A DNA stretch of 63,868 nucleotides, the filler included, from Octopus bimaculoides (Eukaryota), in NCBI RefSeq assembly GCF_001194135.2. It is 5 parts of 5 records of this genome, joined end to end, with 100 filler letters (N's around TTAATTAATTAA, not from the genome) between each part and the next. Parts side by side here need not be neighbours in the genome. Positions count along the whole stretch, not along the records: positions 30,090 to 57,061 come from NC_068998.1; 4 more parts are not named here. The stretch is one strand, 5' to 3'. The position numbers and the translations under genes are program-made. Positions 40,212 through 54,887 of the stretch are shown one piece after another; position 1 is the first letter of the stretch; the number at the start of each line of letters is the position of its first letter. The notes beneath the pieces were generated by a model. That model had not been told where the DNA came from, made no database searches, and was given only the letters and a program-made list of their open reading frames with translations.

Positions 40212-41402
40212 ATATACAGAGAGAGAGAGAGAGATAGAGAGAGAGTTAAGGAATGGAGTAGATAAGATCCAGGCTACATATGTTTCATAGCAAACGGAAC
40301 CTTGGAAGCAGTAAATATCCACATACCCAGTAACCCTGGTTGCCTACCATAAAATATTAAAAAATGTCTTTAGTTTATCATACTTCAATATGAAAAAAAT
40401 CTACAACGTTCCACCTCAGTAAACCATTATTGTTCCTGGAAGTTTATTTTATATTTACTACAGATTGCTTGAAGCTAACTTTCTTCCTACACCTCGATCC
40501 TTGGATCTCGCATTTGTGTGTGTGTGTTTGTGTGTGTGTGTATGTGTGTGTGTGTATGTGCGTGTGCCTGTGTGAGTGTGTGTGTGTGTGTGCGCGCGCG
40601 CGTGTGTGTGTGTGTGTGTTTGTGATAATCATGCTATCCATTTGATATTCAAGATATATAGGAGATTGACCTGTTACATGATAGTTGTCAGAATTTTTAT
40701 GTTATAAATGAAAAACTATAAAATTCTCAACAATCTCTAAAGCTATAATTTCAAAATATTTATAAAACACTGTCAAAAAAGTAATTATATATTCATTTTC
40801 CAATAAACATTAGATGGCTTTCACAAACATTAGTAAATCGAGGTGTTGTACTTTTAGTTCTTCACGCACATGAACCTATGCATAATAATACTCTTGACTA
40901 GAGTCTAACATTTAAACCTGAATATTATAATAACCAAGAAGATCATTAATCAATCAAGATTATATATACATTTTTAGTAAAGAATCTCAACTATATTCTA
41001 TTTATGGTGCTGATACTAAAACTTTACAAAAATTAATCATGGTGAACTGCTGATGTCATTCAGAAATACATGTGGCATTAAAAACAAACTTTTGAACTTC
41101 TTTCGACCTATAAGTATTGAATTTATTGATAGATTGCTTAAGCAGTAGTTCACATATTAATGGTTAATATAAAGGGAATAATTATCAAACATCAGCCTCT
41201 CACATTATACCTTTTAAAATTCCACCCCTGTCTGCTCATTTTGATCTCCTTCTCCCTCCCTCCCTGATGTGCTTAAAAAGCATTAAACTTGCTCCACATC
41301 ACATCTCCATTCAGTATTTGATTACTTTAAGTTTCAGTTCTGTTCTTTGTTTTTTTAATTTGCAATGGCTATTGTTGAATGGATGCCCTTGTAATTAATG
41401 TA

Positions 41403-41445
<43 letters not shown>

Positions 41446-41499
41446 ATACATGCATACTAATCAAGACTTTGTGCATCACTTTTCTCGTTAGGTGTAATA

Positions 41500-43140
41500 A
41501 GGAGCAAATTGAGTCAGATAGTACTACCAAAAACTATCTTTGATGGTGATAGTTTTGTCTGTGTTACTCTTCATCCTCTCATTAAACTCACTATCACAAA
41601 ACATTGTGACCATAGAAATTGGATACAGAAGTATCTCCCATCTTTTCTTTATTGATGACCTGAAACTATATGGGTCAACTATTGACCACATAAAACAAAA
41701 TGGACCTCATAACCCAATTTTCTACAGATATTGGAATGAAACTTGATGAGTCCAAATATGCATTTTGACAATAAAACTTGGAAAACTCATTCCTTCCTCC
41801 AAAAACCTAAGAATGAACATCTTGACAGTACAGCCTCAACAATCAGGTCAGAATTATAGATATCTTGGACAGGGTGTGAATGTCAGATATGATGGGCCCA
41901 TTAATAAAAAGAGGTCCAGAAATGAATACCTCAGGAAAAGTAAAGAGAATATGGTCATTAGGACTCTCACTTTACAACAAGCATGTTGCCCACAACATCT
42001 TTGCAGTTCCTGTCCTCACGCCTACATTTGGCCTTCTGAACTGGTTACTGCAAGAACCCAATGAGATATACGTTTGAACTTGCAAGCTGCACAGTCTTAT
42101 AGGATACTGCAACCTCAATGGAGATGTAGACAAGTTATATTTCCCATGCAAGGATGATGGTTGTGGTCTCAAATTTGTATTGATGTCATATGAAGCACAG
42201 ATTGTGACAATGAAACAACACCTGTAGCAGAGGAAAGAGCCCAGTAACTGATCTTGCCCAAGTTTATGACCATGAAACCAACAACATGATTAGGATAGCT
42301 AATGAGCTTGAGGAGAGGTAGGAAATAAGAGCTGAACTCCCCAAGGAGCATTAGTAAAATCTATTTATCAGAACAGAATTTAAAAAATGGAATAAGAAGA
42401 CATTGCATGGGAACATAAAACATAAACCAAAGAAGGAATTGATTAAGTCAAAAGCTTGGCATGAAGTACTGACAAGTTTATGACACCCCACTTCAAAGAC
42501 TATCTCCATGCAACTCAGGAACAAGAGTTACCCACCAAGTGCCTACAGAATAAAAAGCAGAAAATGTCAACAGACAACTAAATAAGCTGTACAAGACCAA
42601 GACTGAAGACATCAATCACATTATTGCCAACTGCAAGGGAATGTCTTTCAGATATTATCTTTCCCTGGGGCATAATGCAGTAGCCAGAACTATCTGGAAC
42701 AGGATAACATAAATAAAACACCTAAACCAAAGCTGACTATTTTGAAACTGATGCATCAAAAGAATATTGATGGAACTTAAAAATTGAAATAACCACCAAG
42801 TTAAAATACAACCAACCAGATATTGTTGAGTAGGACCATAAAGAAAAGATATGTTCTGTTGTGGAAATCAGCTGACCTCTGGAGACCAATGTGGTCAGAA
42901 AAATACAAGCAAAAGAGGACATCTATGGACTATTAATAAGGTGTTTGCAAATCTAGCAAACAAGATACACTTTCATCATCATACCCATTATTATTATTGG
43001 AGAAACAATATATATCAACCATCTGGAGCAAAGTATGACTGAACTTTGGATCTTGGGGAGAGAACACACATCCTCAATTCACAGGCTACAAATGTTCATG
43101 ACATCTGGGACTATAAAAATCTGCAAGACCTTTAGATTTA
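41500..43140 (+). mobile_element. R4/Dong-like retrotransposon relic (RT, CCHC finger, REL)
   Basis: Degenerate IF.GDS.LS.LLF, ISHLFFIDDLKLY (YxDD region), YRYLG, VDKLYFP, EDINHIIANC and YNQPDIV...VVEIS motifs, with many stops and frameshifts. Confidence 0.85.
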
Positions 43141-43492
43141 AAGAATGATGGTTAAAGCAAAATATTTTCCTTTACAACATTGCCACCATGTAAGTGACTG
43201 TTCAAAATTTATTCTCAGTTAAAATAAGAAACAGAATATGTATACATTACATACATACATTGCATACATACATAGCATACATACATATACACATGCATAT
43301 ACACACATACATACATACAGACATACGCACATACATACACACATAATGCATACATGCATGCATGCTGAGTTTTCTAGGTCAGTGAATCATTTGCAAGCAA
43401 CATCACCTCTATGAACAGTATTATCTTTATTTACAGTCAACAAATACATGTGAACTCAAGGGGAAATATGAACTCACTCACACAAACACACA

Positions 43493-43570
<78 letters not shown>

Positions 43571-43751
43571 CTATCTCACACATGCGTGCATATACTTATA
43601 GTACAGGCTTCTTCAGCTGCTGTCAACTGATTTCACTCTCAAGATATTGGTCGATGCATTGCTATAGTATAGAATTCCCAATTACATGGCTTCAAAGTGA
43701 ACTTCTAAGCCACACAGCCATGCCTATGCTTATATGTGTATGAGTTTATGA

Positions 43752-43822
<71 letters not shown>

Positions 43823-43999
43823 TGTGTGTGTGTGTGTGTGTTTGTGTGTTACGTTCTGAGTGCAAATTCCCCCAAGGTCAACTTTGCCTTTCATCCTCCC
43901 AGGATGAATGGGGGCTGATGCACCTGTAGTATTTCAGGTCTTGTACCTATAGCAGAAAGGATTATTATTACAATAATTATTATTACCATTATTATTATT

Positions 44000-44546
44000 G
44001 AGTGAGAGAGAGTGCATGCAATCAAAGTGACACTGGGGTACCAGTATACGAAGTCCAATATACCCATCATGACTACCCATCTGATAAGGATACACCAGGC
44101 ACATGCATCACAATCATATGTATGCAACATGGTGATCTTGTACCAAGATAAACACCACATGATTTTGCAGGTGGGGACCAGTTAGATTTTTCTTCAGGCC
44201 CATCCCACTCAAAATGTCCCTGAATAAGGTTTGTTTAAGGATGTTGAACAAAACACCTATGTTTCCAAAGGTGAATTATTCAAACCCCAACGAATTCCTC
44301 TCAACTCATGGCTATGATGCTCCCCCACTACTTCTGCTCATGATCAGAGATGCACATATCATCATCCACCAAGGGACATGCTCAACTGGTTAAGATCAAG
44401 TAAGTGACAAGCAAACTTCTGGTATTGAGCAGAATATTAACTCTAGCCCATCTTTTATACCAAAACAAAACATGTACATGATAACACTTCCAATCAGTTA
44501 AGATTAGAAGCCATGAGAGCCACTGCCTGGTACTGCATCAGGGTAT
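44000..44546. repeat. Unclassified interspersed repeat
   Basis: Non-coding block bounded by (ATT)n tracts. Repeat status is inferred; there is no second copy in the window. Confidence 0.35.
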
Positions 44547-44572
44547 TTATTATTATTATTATTATTATTATT

Positions 44573-45348
44573 TTGGTTTGGCTCAAGTTGGGTCGTATTC
44601 ATGGTAGGAATTATGTGGGTAGTGGGTTACTACCTGTAACCTTAGGTATCCACAAGTTTTCAGCAGTCTTTCAAATGCTTAGAACCCTCCTGATAATCCT
44701 TGCTGTCCCTAAGAGACAAACGTATTGAAGGAGCTCTCCCAGGCATTCTTTTTCAATCTCTTTTAGCCATTTGTCCATATTTTTTGCTAACTGTTCCCAA
44801 TGCAGCAGTTATTATAGGCATAACCTTTGCTGTTCACATGCTCCAAATTCTTCGTATTTCAAATTTCAAGGGATCATATTTTTTTTTCCTTTCTCTTTCT
44901 TCACAATCCTGGAATCAAATGGGCATGATGGGTCGATTAGTAAGCAACTTCACTTTTCCTTATCTATAATCGTTATGTTTGGTGCTATTTTCCAACTTCT
45001 TGTCTATTTGAAAAGGAAAATGCCACAAGGTCTTACATTTCTCCAACTCCAGTACTCTTTCAACTCAATGATTGTACTATGTGTTTCCAGCTTCATTTCC
45101 CCATTTCAAGCACAGTTTTCAGTGTAAAACTGTTGCAACCTGGTTGTGCCTGCATTTTCTATAGTCTTCCCCTGCCAACTTTGGGCATTCTTCCACAATG
45201 TGTGCCACTGTCTCATTCCAAGTTCCACAGGCTCTATATTTTTGTGAGATATTCTCTCCATCTATATTTTTTCTGAAGTTGTTTGTTTTTATTGCTTGAT
45301 CTTGGGTTGCTACAATTAAGTTCTTTGTTTCCTATTCAATTACCCCTC
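44573..45348 (-). mobile_element. R4/Dong-like 3' fragment (CCHC finger plus REL) flanked by (TAA)n
   Basis: Minus strand ACGTWNETVAHIVEECPKLA...RHNQVA..LH, KTLWHF, CLLID.SCPFDSRI, VMPIITAALGTV and LLGTARIIRRVL. Confidence 0.85.
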
Positions 45349-45439
45349 TTTTATTATTATTATTATTACTATCATTATTATTAGCTTGTCTATCATTGTT
45401 GATGATGACCAAGGACATCAGATGGCAGAGGAAGACAGT

Positions 45440-45830
45440 TGGTATACTGCATACTTGGAAGGTTATGCCACAGGTTAGGAACTGGTGGTCTGCTGGGACT
45501 GAAGGCAAGGACTTGGCTCTGGGCTTGTGCAGTTCATGTTTTCTTTATGTCCAAGTAATCCTGTTCTGGTCATAGGAAGAGGCACCTCTGTTGGTGCAGC
45601 TTTGCCAGGCAGTCTTGTGCTTGTGTTTCCCAGGTGTCATGGTCGATCTCAAAGCTCTACTGTGAGGCTTTGAGTATATCCTTGAAATGCTTTTTCTGTC
45701 CATCTTGCATAAGCTTGCCTTCCACCAGTTCATTGAAAAACAGTCTCCTGGGGTGTCATGAGCCAGGAATTTGAACAAGGTGGCCTTCATACCTGACTTG
45801 CACTCTTCTCAGCAGTGTTTAAATGCTTGG
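45440..45830 (-). mobile_element. RTE (BovB-like) LINE 3' coding fragment
   Basis: Minus strand RRLFFNELVEGK..QDGQKKHFKDILK..SFEIDHDTWE..AQD, matching RTE C-termini. Confidence 0.75.
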
Positions 45831-45904
45831 TAGATTAGCTCAAGAGAGGAGCTCCATGTCTGGGACTTTGTCTTGCAAGATGATTTCCAACAGCTTTCTC
45901 AGAC

Positions 45905-46355
45905 AGTTCGAGAGTTCTACTGTGAAATTTTGAAGTGATTGAGGGAGGACATTCAGCAAAAGCGACCAGGTCTGTGGAGCACAAAGAATTGTATTCTTCA
46001 AGATGCACCCTGTCACCAAACTCTCCTCACTCATGACTTTCTTGCCAAAAACATGAGATTGCTTCTGCACCTGCCCTATTTGCCAGATTTAACACCTGCT
46101 GACTCCCATCTCTTCCCCAAGATGAAAATGCAGCTCAACAGTCACTGTTTTAACACTGTTGTCAAGACCCAAAGTGAATTGCAGAAGGTCATTCGCTGGG
46201 TTATGGAAAATAACTCCAGACCAGATTCCAAAAGTGGCAGGAATGCTGGGACTGGTGTATTGCTGCTCAAGGGGACTATTTCAAAGATGATGTTAAACCT
46301 TAGTATGTTGTTATTATTTATTGGTCTGGGAACCTTTTGATACCATCTTGTACAT
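45905..46355 (+). mobile_element. Mariner transposase C-terminal fragment
   Basis: LREDIQQKRPGLW...QDAPCH...HLPYLPDLTPADSHLFPKMK and frameshifted FQKWQECWDWCIAAQGDYF. Confidence 0.85.
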
Positions 46356-47149
46356 TAGAAATGAGACCTGTAGAGTATGCAGGAAATGCTGTGAAGCAGG
46401 AAGCAAAAATACCAGCACCATACAATTCCGAAAAGTATCAATGAAGAATAGCTTTTCCTCTGAATGTCTGGACATCACCAAACTATCAAACAAAATCTAC
46501 ACATGTTTTCTGAAACTGCCACATTATGATGAAAAATAAGTGATGCAATCCACTGTGTAATCTATAAGGAAGGATTGGATATATAACTGGCATACCCTGG
46601 ACTTTCCCTGAGGAGCATCCAAACTCAAAGCATGCAAGACAAAACACACCTTATGTACATTGCCCAACTGCTCAATCAAAGGTAAAAATATATGTCTACA
46701 GTTGTATGTGGTATATAAAGTCATGTGTAGCATATGTAATGAATTCTACATAAGAAATATCATCAAACAAGTTCACATACAAGTTAACGAATGCTAATGT
46801 TTCCCCTGTCAAAAAAAGCTACCAATGGAAATGTCAAACTCAAGGCACCCAAATTTCCATTGAAGCTATAGAAAGAAATATTGGATACTTGAAGATAAAA
46901 GGAGCTATTTTAATTAAGATCTATGCCCTGTGCTTCTTTGAAAGGTCTCCAAACAATGAATGTAGAGAATGAATGAAGAACTATTTTCTCCTTCTGTGTT
47001 TCCAAACATGTGGCTCACAATTCCCTGCCTTGACCTTTTGATCAATTTGGTTTAATTTAACACCAAGGATTTGTGGAAAATGACATTTTGGATTATTTTT
47101 TTAATTACTCTAATCAGAAATTATTATTGTTAATATTATCATTGTTATT

Positions 47150-47590
47150 TGGCACAAGGCCTGAAATTTAGGGGAACGGTGCTAGTCAATTACATTGACC
47201 CCAATGCTTGACTGGTACTTATTTTATTGACCCCAAGTGGATGAAAGGCAAAGTTGACCATGCCTTTCATCCATTTGGGGGTAATGAACTGCATATCAGT
47301 TGCTTACTAGGGGTTAAGGAAATCAATTAGCCCCGCTTCCTAAAATCTACAAGCCTAGAAAGGATTATTATTATTAAGGTGGCAAAACTGGCACATCAGA
47401 CAAACTGTTCTGCATTATTTATTCCATCTCTTTACATTCTGAGTTCACTATCCACTAAAGTCAACTTTGTCTTTCATCGTTTTAGGGGTGATAAAATAAA
47501 GTACCAATCATGTACTTGAAGTTGATGTAATTGACTAACTCCAATCTCCTAAAATTGCTGGCCTTGTGCCAAAATTTGAAACAATTTTAT
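47150..47590. mobile_element. Cluster of SINE-B fragments in both orientations
   Basis: Minus copy 47150-47260 and plus copies 47260-47360 and 47375-47585. Confidence 0.7.
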
Positions 47591-49129
47591 TTTTGTTGTT
47601 GTTGTTAGCAAGGACAATTATATGGGATGCATATAATCAATGGAATTAGAAGACAATCCACAGTTTTGTCTTTCTAGTTTTCCATGTTTCATGCAGCAGT
47701 GAATCTTATGAGAGGCAAGTCTGACAGTCTGCACTTGGATCCTCTTCACAGTCCAATCTTTTTCTCTATTCCCATACATTACAGTGATGGTCACAGCAGA
47801 GACAGACTATGTAGTTTTGATCAGTATGCGACATTTTCTTTCTTCTACATTTGTTTATTTCTATTGTGTCCCCAGCACAGTGAGACAATAGATACAGCTG
47901 GTGTTTTTGTGTGTATATGTCCCAAATTCCTATTATGCCTATGCAGGAGAGTGAATTTTTTAGGATCTTGTAGAAGTCCTTGAGGGTATTGTGTATGTCA
48001 GTGGGGTTTGAAGATAGTTCTTTTATATTGTTACAGGATTGTAGAGATTGACGGTTGATCTTACATTAGCAGTTTTGTGTGCTTGCTTTGTGTATCTTGT
48101 TTGTTTTGTAGTTTATTGTGGCTGGGTGGGAAGGGTTTAATGGAACGGGTAGGATTGTTATAGTTCTTGATTATTTAATGTATTGTATGCATGTCATTGT
48201 TGTAGTTCCTTCCTAGAGGCAAAATGTAGTTCATGACCACATCAAAAGGGTTTATAATTGATTCAGACAATTAGAGCTCAGACCAATCCAAATATCTAAA
48301 ATCCAATGTCAAATAATGGGAGACAGAATCCAAGTAAACAAGAGCTGGCTTAAGACAAGATTTTAGCTGAGCTAATGAAAGTAAGTGAAATAAAAGATGA
48401 ACGGGTAGTTGTTAATGGCATCAATGCATTTATTAATTAGTTATACAGAAATTAATGTAAATATAACTAAGTAGAGAAACAAGAAAATCAGGGAAGTGAA
48501 AGCTCATAGAAGTTCTTCATTGATAGTTGGATATGTGGAAAGTTCATACTCTAGTATTGCAGATAAAAGAGAGGAGAGTCCAAAATTGTCTTTCTAAGGG
48601 TTCTTCATGGATAAGGAGATATCTGGAGTGTTCATGCTCCAACATCTCAACATTGCAGACAAGAGAGATGAGAATACATATTCTCGGTCTTGTTTGTGAT
48701 GTTAAAGTATAAAACTTTTTGGATATCTATCTATATATGAAGAACTGTGAATTATCACTTCCCTGATATTCCTGTTTGGCTGCTTAACATTATTTGTAAC
48801 TAATTTCTTTATATCTAATTTTCAAATGATTTGATATTATAAACTAGCACCTGTCCATCTTTTATTATGTGATATGTACATATGATTAATATTGTTGCAT
48901 GTAGTGCCAAGTGCTTTTTTTGTGTGCATTGTATTGTTACATTGTTGAGTTTGTGGTTCAGCTGTATTTGTTATGCTTTGGTCCCACTTGTAAGAAGGGA
49001 GGTAATAGATTTTGTGTGTGCTACTTTAAATCTGATATTGTGGAGCCAAGTTTCTCTGTGATTTAATTAAGGATGGACTAGTTGTACAACAGTGAGTAGG
49101 GAAGCGAGGGGTTATTGGTTGGCGGGTGC

Positions 49130-49620
49130 TGGTGCCCCTCTCATTTTTACTCATTTTTGTTATCATTCATCTCATTAATGTCCTCGTCCAGCTTGTAGCT
49201 ACTCTGTGTACTGCCTTCATGGCAAATTTAATGAAATAGAGTAGGGAATGGAGGGAAAATATGAGGGTGATGTCATCTGCTTATCGGGATCACTGCATAT
49301 GTTGTAGATATTTGTAAAAGTTTTGTAGATACAGGTTGAAAAATGCAGATGATAGGATGGATCATTGTAGTATTCGATATCGAAAATTGCAGGTTCTAGA
49401 AATGTTCTTCCCAAATAGATTTGGCAGCCAGACAAATATTTTAACAGTCACTATTTTGTGTTGTTTTTTTAGGTGGTTGTGAAAATTATTTATGAGTTGA
49501 TAATGAGGAACAAAGTCAGAAGCTTTGCCAATATCAGTGGTAGTTAGAATGGTACATGTAAGAAGATTTTTGTTGTGAAACAATCATGTACTTTCTGTAG
49601 CGTAGTGGTTAAATGTATTA
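49130..49620 (-). mobile_element. Degenerate Jockey/I/CR1-type LINE RT
   Basis: Minus strand DIGKASDFVPH (D..KAFD.V.H), ILQ*SILSSAFFNLY (GVPQGS.LSP.LFN.Y) and ADDITL. The element may extend across ~47.7-51.6 kb, interrupted by a SINE. Confidence 0.6.
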
Positions 49621-49756
49621 GTCTGAATAAATTCTGTGATTTTGAAGTGGAGAATGTGTCAGTGTTTTTCCAGAATTATGAGAGTGATATATTTACATGA
49701 TGTAGCTTTACTTGGGTGAAGCTATACAATCGTTGCAATTTTACCCAGCTTCCAGA

Positions 49757-50060
49757 AAGCATGTGGCTTAGTGGTTAGGGTAGTCAACTCACAATTGAAA
49801 GGTCATGAGTTTGATTCCTGGCAGTGTGTTATGTCCTGGAGCAAGACACATTTTATATTGCTCCAGTTCACTCAAATGGCAAAAATGAGTTGTACATGTA
49901 TTTCAAAGGGCCAGCCTTCTCACATTGTCATGCTGAATCTCCCTGAGAACTACATTAAGGGAACATGTGTCTGTGGAGTGCTCAACCACTTTTACATTAA
50001 TTTCACGAGCAGGACCAACTAGAATTCTCGTTGTTGCAACCAATGGAGTGCCAGACAAGA
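49757..50060 (+). mobile_element. SINE family C (older)
   Basis: tRNA-like head and body homologous to 9440-9880. Confidence 0.75.
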
Positions 50061-50231
50061 TTGTGAGCATTTGACAATGTTGACACAAGTAACTGCAAAT
50101 CTAATGTTAGTAAGAGTAATGATTCATTTGTTCACACTGAATTGTTTTAATTGTTTTAGATATATGTTTATGATTTTCTCTGACCCAAAGGTTTTTGAGT
50201 TGTTAAATATCCTTATTCAGTCATGTGTGCA

Positions 50232-50283
<52 letters not shown>

Positions 50284-51914
50284 AGAAATAAGTTCTTTGA
50301 AATTTTTCTGTTTTTTTTTTTTTTTGCTTTATAATGGCTGACTTTTGAGAATTGACTAATAAGGATGTTTACTTAACTTATTTGACTTTATTGGGACATG
50401 GGGATGTGAATGACAATTGTTGCTGTTGTTGTTGATGATGATGATGATGATGACAACGATGACAATGATTACATTATATAATGTTTTGCTCTTAGTTTTG
50501 TGGCTTATATTGGACATAATGTTGTTTTAAAGTTTTGTTTCTATTGTCATTATTTCTTTGTTTAATTATTTGAATACAGAGTTTTATATTCTAGTAGTTT
50601 GGTTTTGGTGCATTGTGTTTGCAGTTGTGTCTGTTTTTTATGAGGTTGGCTATTTCTGGCAAAATTAATTTGTAGTTTGTTTTTTTGTTTTTTTTTGGAC
50701 TTGTAGGATATATTTTTGGAATGTGTTTATCATTAATTTGATTGTGTGTACCACAGTGTTAATTACTATAATTGTGGTCTCATGAATTCTGAAAACCCAG
50801 ACTTCGTTTCTTAGTAGAATACACCACTGTGCCTTGTAAGAGCTTGTAAAACTGGTTTTGTTGTTTTCATTGTGTCAACTGTGGTGATCATTGCTAAATC
50901 ATCTAAGGTAGGTTGAGGAATTATTTGCCAATTTTGAAGAAGAATTGCTGCAGCTGGCTTAATGATATATGTGTGTGTGTCTATTGATGTGAAATGTTGA
51001 GGAGGAGTTGATTTGCAATGATATCATATCACCTCCCTTCTTGTCTATACTATTTGAAAGCCAAAAAATGCTGTGTGAAACCTCCTCCTATGAAGATGAT
51101 TGTAAGAGCGCTAAAGATCTATAATTGGTGCATAATTTGGTGGAATGGTTGGTGTGAATGGTAGAAATATATATATATGTTTATTATATTAATGCGCTTT
51201 GTATAACTAACTTATATTTTGAAAGTGTCATTTCCAATTAATTTACTCACGTCATTTGTGATATATATATACTGAATGTAAGTTTCAATGTTATAAGACC
51301 ACCACTGTGGTGAAAATATATGTTATTTATGATCTGGGAAATTTAGAATGGTTGAGAACGTTTCCTAAATTGTTGCAACATGAGTATTCAAGGTGGTAAT
51401 AGAATTTTTTAGTTCTATGAAGGTGATTTTATTGATACCAGTATTGCATTACAGAATTAAAAATAATTTCATTATGTTTAAGAAGAATATGTTTTTGAGT
51501 CACATTTATTTTTAAGTGCAGTCTGTAGGGAGTTTTAGCATTTTGAAGGAAGGCAATGGTACTTGTGGTTTTTAACATTGTTATTGTTGTTATCATATCC
51601 TGAAAGGCAGCAAACTGGCAGAATTGTTACTGCACTAGACAAAATGCTTAGTGACATTTCACCCATCTTTACATTCTGAGTTCAGATTCTGCCAAGGCTG
51701 ACTTTGCCTTTCATCCTTTTGGGATTAATAAAATAAGTACCAGTTGAGCACTGATAGAATAAGTACTAGGCTTCCAAAGAATAAGTCCTGGGGTTGATTT
51801 GCTCGACTAAAGGCGGTGCTCCAGCATGGCTGCAGTCAAATGACTGAAACAATTAAAAGAGTAAAAGAGCAAAAGAATATAATTTAATAGGATGTTGATT
51901 TGGTTTCATGTTAC

Positions 51915-52300
51915 TAGATGGAGCGGAACACATCCGCAACATCAGATGTTTGGAGTCTGAGTGGAGAGAATTTAAATGGAATTTAAAATATGTTCTAGGT
52001 GAGGGCCATTAGGTCTTCATCACAATGTCTGTCTGTTCTATGTGGAGCACGCAGTGAAGAAACTGAAGTCACTGAAATGTCACAGGCTATGCCAACTAAC
52101 TGTTGCTAATATTTTGTCTGCTCTTCTACATGAAACATGCAATAAAAGAACTGATTTCCCTAAGATAATTAAAACTCTCACATGACCTGAACTGACCAAT
52201 CGAAGTACAAATACTTTCTCCTAGAATGCATTTTTAATTTCTATTATGTTCCCAGTCTAACTCCAAATATCTGATGATGTAGACATGTTTTGTCCCCACA
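51915..52300. mobile_element. Possible MITE with degenerate TIRs
   Basis: ACATCAGATGTTTGGAGT (left) versus ACTCCAAATATCTGATGATGT (right). Confidence 0.35.
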
Positions 52301-52648
52301 AAAGTATGGGGAGCTGAGTCAATGCGTCATTATATACATACAACCCTAATTAGATATATAGAATGCTAGTCTCTTTCATCTATTCTCCCATCTGTGTGTG
52401 TGTGTCTGCATACATAAATGAACAGAGAAATACAGAGTTTTACAGAGGGAGAAATAAATCATACATATAGTAAAATCCAAAATACTTCATATTTGAAAAC
52501 CTATCAGATTCATGGGAGATGTGATGTGTATGTGCCCCCCCCCACACACACACACATGACATGCTTTTAGTGATTTTAATATCTGTATATTCTTCAACTC
52601 TCCATTTTTCTGTTTCACTCTAATTCTCCTCTCATAGACACAATAACT

Positions 52649-52709
<61 letters not shown>

Positions 52710-53209
52710 NNNNNNNNNNNNNNNNNNNNNNNNNNNNNNNNNNNNNNNNNNNNNNNNNNNNNNNNNNNNNNNNNNNNNNNNNNNNNNNNNNNNNNNNNNN
52801 NNNNNNNNNNNNNNNNNNNNNNNNNNNNNNNNNNNNNNNNNNNNNNNNNNNNNNNNNNNNNNNNNNNNNNNNNNNNNNNNNNNNNNNNNNNNNNNNNNNN
52901 NNNNNNNNNNNNNNNNNNNNNNNNNNNNNNNNNNNNNNNNNNNNNNNNNNNNNNNNNNNNNNNNNNNNNNNNNNNNNNNNNNNNNNNNNNNNNNNNNNNN
53001 NNNNNNNNNNNNNNNNNNNNNNNNNNNNNNNNNNNNNNNNNNNNNNNNNNNNNNNNNNNNNNNNNNNNNNNNNNNNNNNNNNNNNNNNNNNNNNNNNNNN
53101 NNNNNNNNNNNNNNNNNNNNNNNNNNNNNNNNNNNNNNNNNNNNNNNNNNNNNNNNNNNNNNNNNNNNNNNNNNNNNNNNNNNNNNNNNNNNNNNNNNNN
53201 NNNNNNNNN

Positions 53210-53255
<46 letters not shown>

Positions 53256-54456
53256 ACACACATACATACACACATATGTGTGTGTATATATGTATATACA
53301 TATATATAATTCGAATTTGCAGAAAACAAAGGAGGAAGACAGGTGAAGGGACAACAAATAGGTATATTAGTTTGGCTCTCAAGTCTCTAACATTTTGAAC
53401 CTACACTTTTTGAAAGAAAGGACTGAGAGAGAACGATATATATATATATATATATATACATATATATAGCAAATGAAAGACAGAAGATAGAATATATGAG
53501 AATTTATTATTAATCACAACAATTGTTTCGACACATCTAGCATCAATTCCTTTTGGGTAGGACACTCAACAACTGGTTCAGGAGCATCAGGTGGTGCAGA
53601 TGTATTTTGTTGGCTGATAAATAAATATAACTCATTAAAATGTCTTTCATTTGCTATATACCTAACAATCACTTTGAAAATGACTGTGCTTTACCAGTGT
53701 ACATATATATATATATATATATANNNNNNNNNNNNNNNNNNNNNNNNNNNNNNNNNNNNNNNNNNNNNNNNNNNNNNNNNNNNNNNNNNNNNNNNNNNNN
53801 NNNNNNNNNNNNNNNNNNNNNNNNNNNNNNNNNNNNNNNNNNNNNNNNNNNNNNNNNNNNNNNNNNNNNNNNNNNNNNNNNNNNNNNNNNNNNNNNNNNN
53901 NNNNNNNNNNNNNNNNNNNNNNNNNNNNNNNNNNNNNNNNNNNNNNNNNNNNNNNNNNNNNNNNNNNNNNNNNNNNNNNNNNNNNNNNNNNNNNNNNNNN
54001 NNNNNNNNNNNNNNNNNNNNNNNNNNNNNNNNNNNNNNNNNNNNNNNNNNNNNNNNNNNNNNNNNNNNNNNNNNNNNNNNNNNNNNNNNNNNNNNNNNNN
54101 NNNNNNNNNNNNNNNNNNNNNNNNNNNNNNNNNNNNNNNNNNNNNNNNNNNNNNNNNNNNNNNNNNNNNNNNNNNNNNNNNNNNNNNNNNNNNNNNNNNN
54201 NNNNNNNNNNNNNNNNNNNNNNNNNNNNNNNNNNNNNNNNNNNNNNNNNNNNNNNNNNNNNNNNNNNNNNNNNNNNNNNNNNNNNNNNNNNNNNNNNNNN
54301 NNNNNNNNNNNNNNNNNNNNNNNNNNNNNNNNNNNNNNNNNNNNNNNNNNNNNNNNNNNNNNNNNNNNNNNNNNNNNNNNNNNNNNNNNNNNNNNNNNNN
54401 NNNNNNNNNNNNNNNNNNNNNNNNNNNNNNNNNNNTATATATATATATATATATAT

Positions 54457-54838
54457 ATTGTCAGAGGTGGAATATAATATCCAGAAAGATACCAAATTTC
54501 TCTTAATAAAATGCCATGGCTGGTTTCTTCAGATAGTACATTTTTTGGTAAACGTCCTTTAGCTCCCATCCGATGTTACAGTTTTTTTCTTCGCTACTTA
54601 GAGTACAATATTGATAATAAGGAGAATGAACAATTTGAACATTCAAACTTTATGTTCATTTCCATTTAATTTATTCATAATAATTGTCCAAGACATTTCA
54701 ACTGTAATAAGAGCATATAAATATGCAACAAGATGTAGTTAATGCAATCAAAATACATGTCGGACAATTATTATGAATAAATTAACTGGAAATAAGCAAA
54801 AAGTTTGAATGTTCAAATTCTTCATTCTCTTTATTATT
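54457..54838. repeat. Unclassified ~380-bp repeat with a ~220-nt internal hairpin (copy 1)
   Basis: Arms ~54614-54700 and ~54755-54837 are reverse complements. Flanked by (TA)n. Confidence 0.8.

Positions 54839-54887
<49 letters not shown>

Noticed and set aside
46321-46733. Cys-containing short ORFs and an AAG|GTAAAA donor downstream of the mariner fragment
   Set aside because: No family motif and no convincing acceptor; cannot support an exon call.
54480-54540. CTGA(A/AT)GA...GAAA hammerhead-like core on the minus strand of the hairpin repeat
   Set aside because: No stem II can be formed between the core segments.
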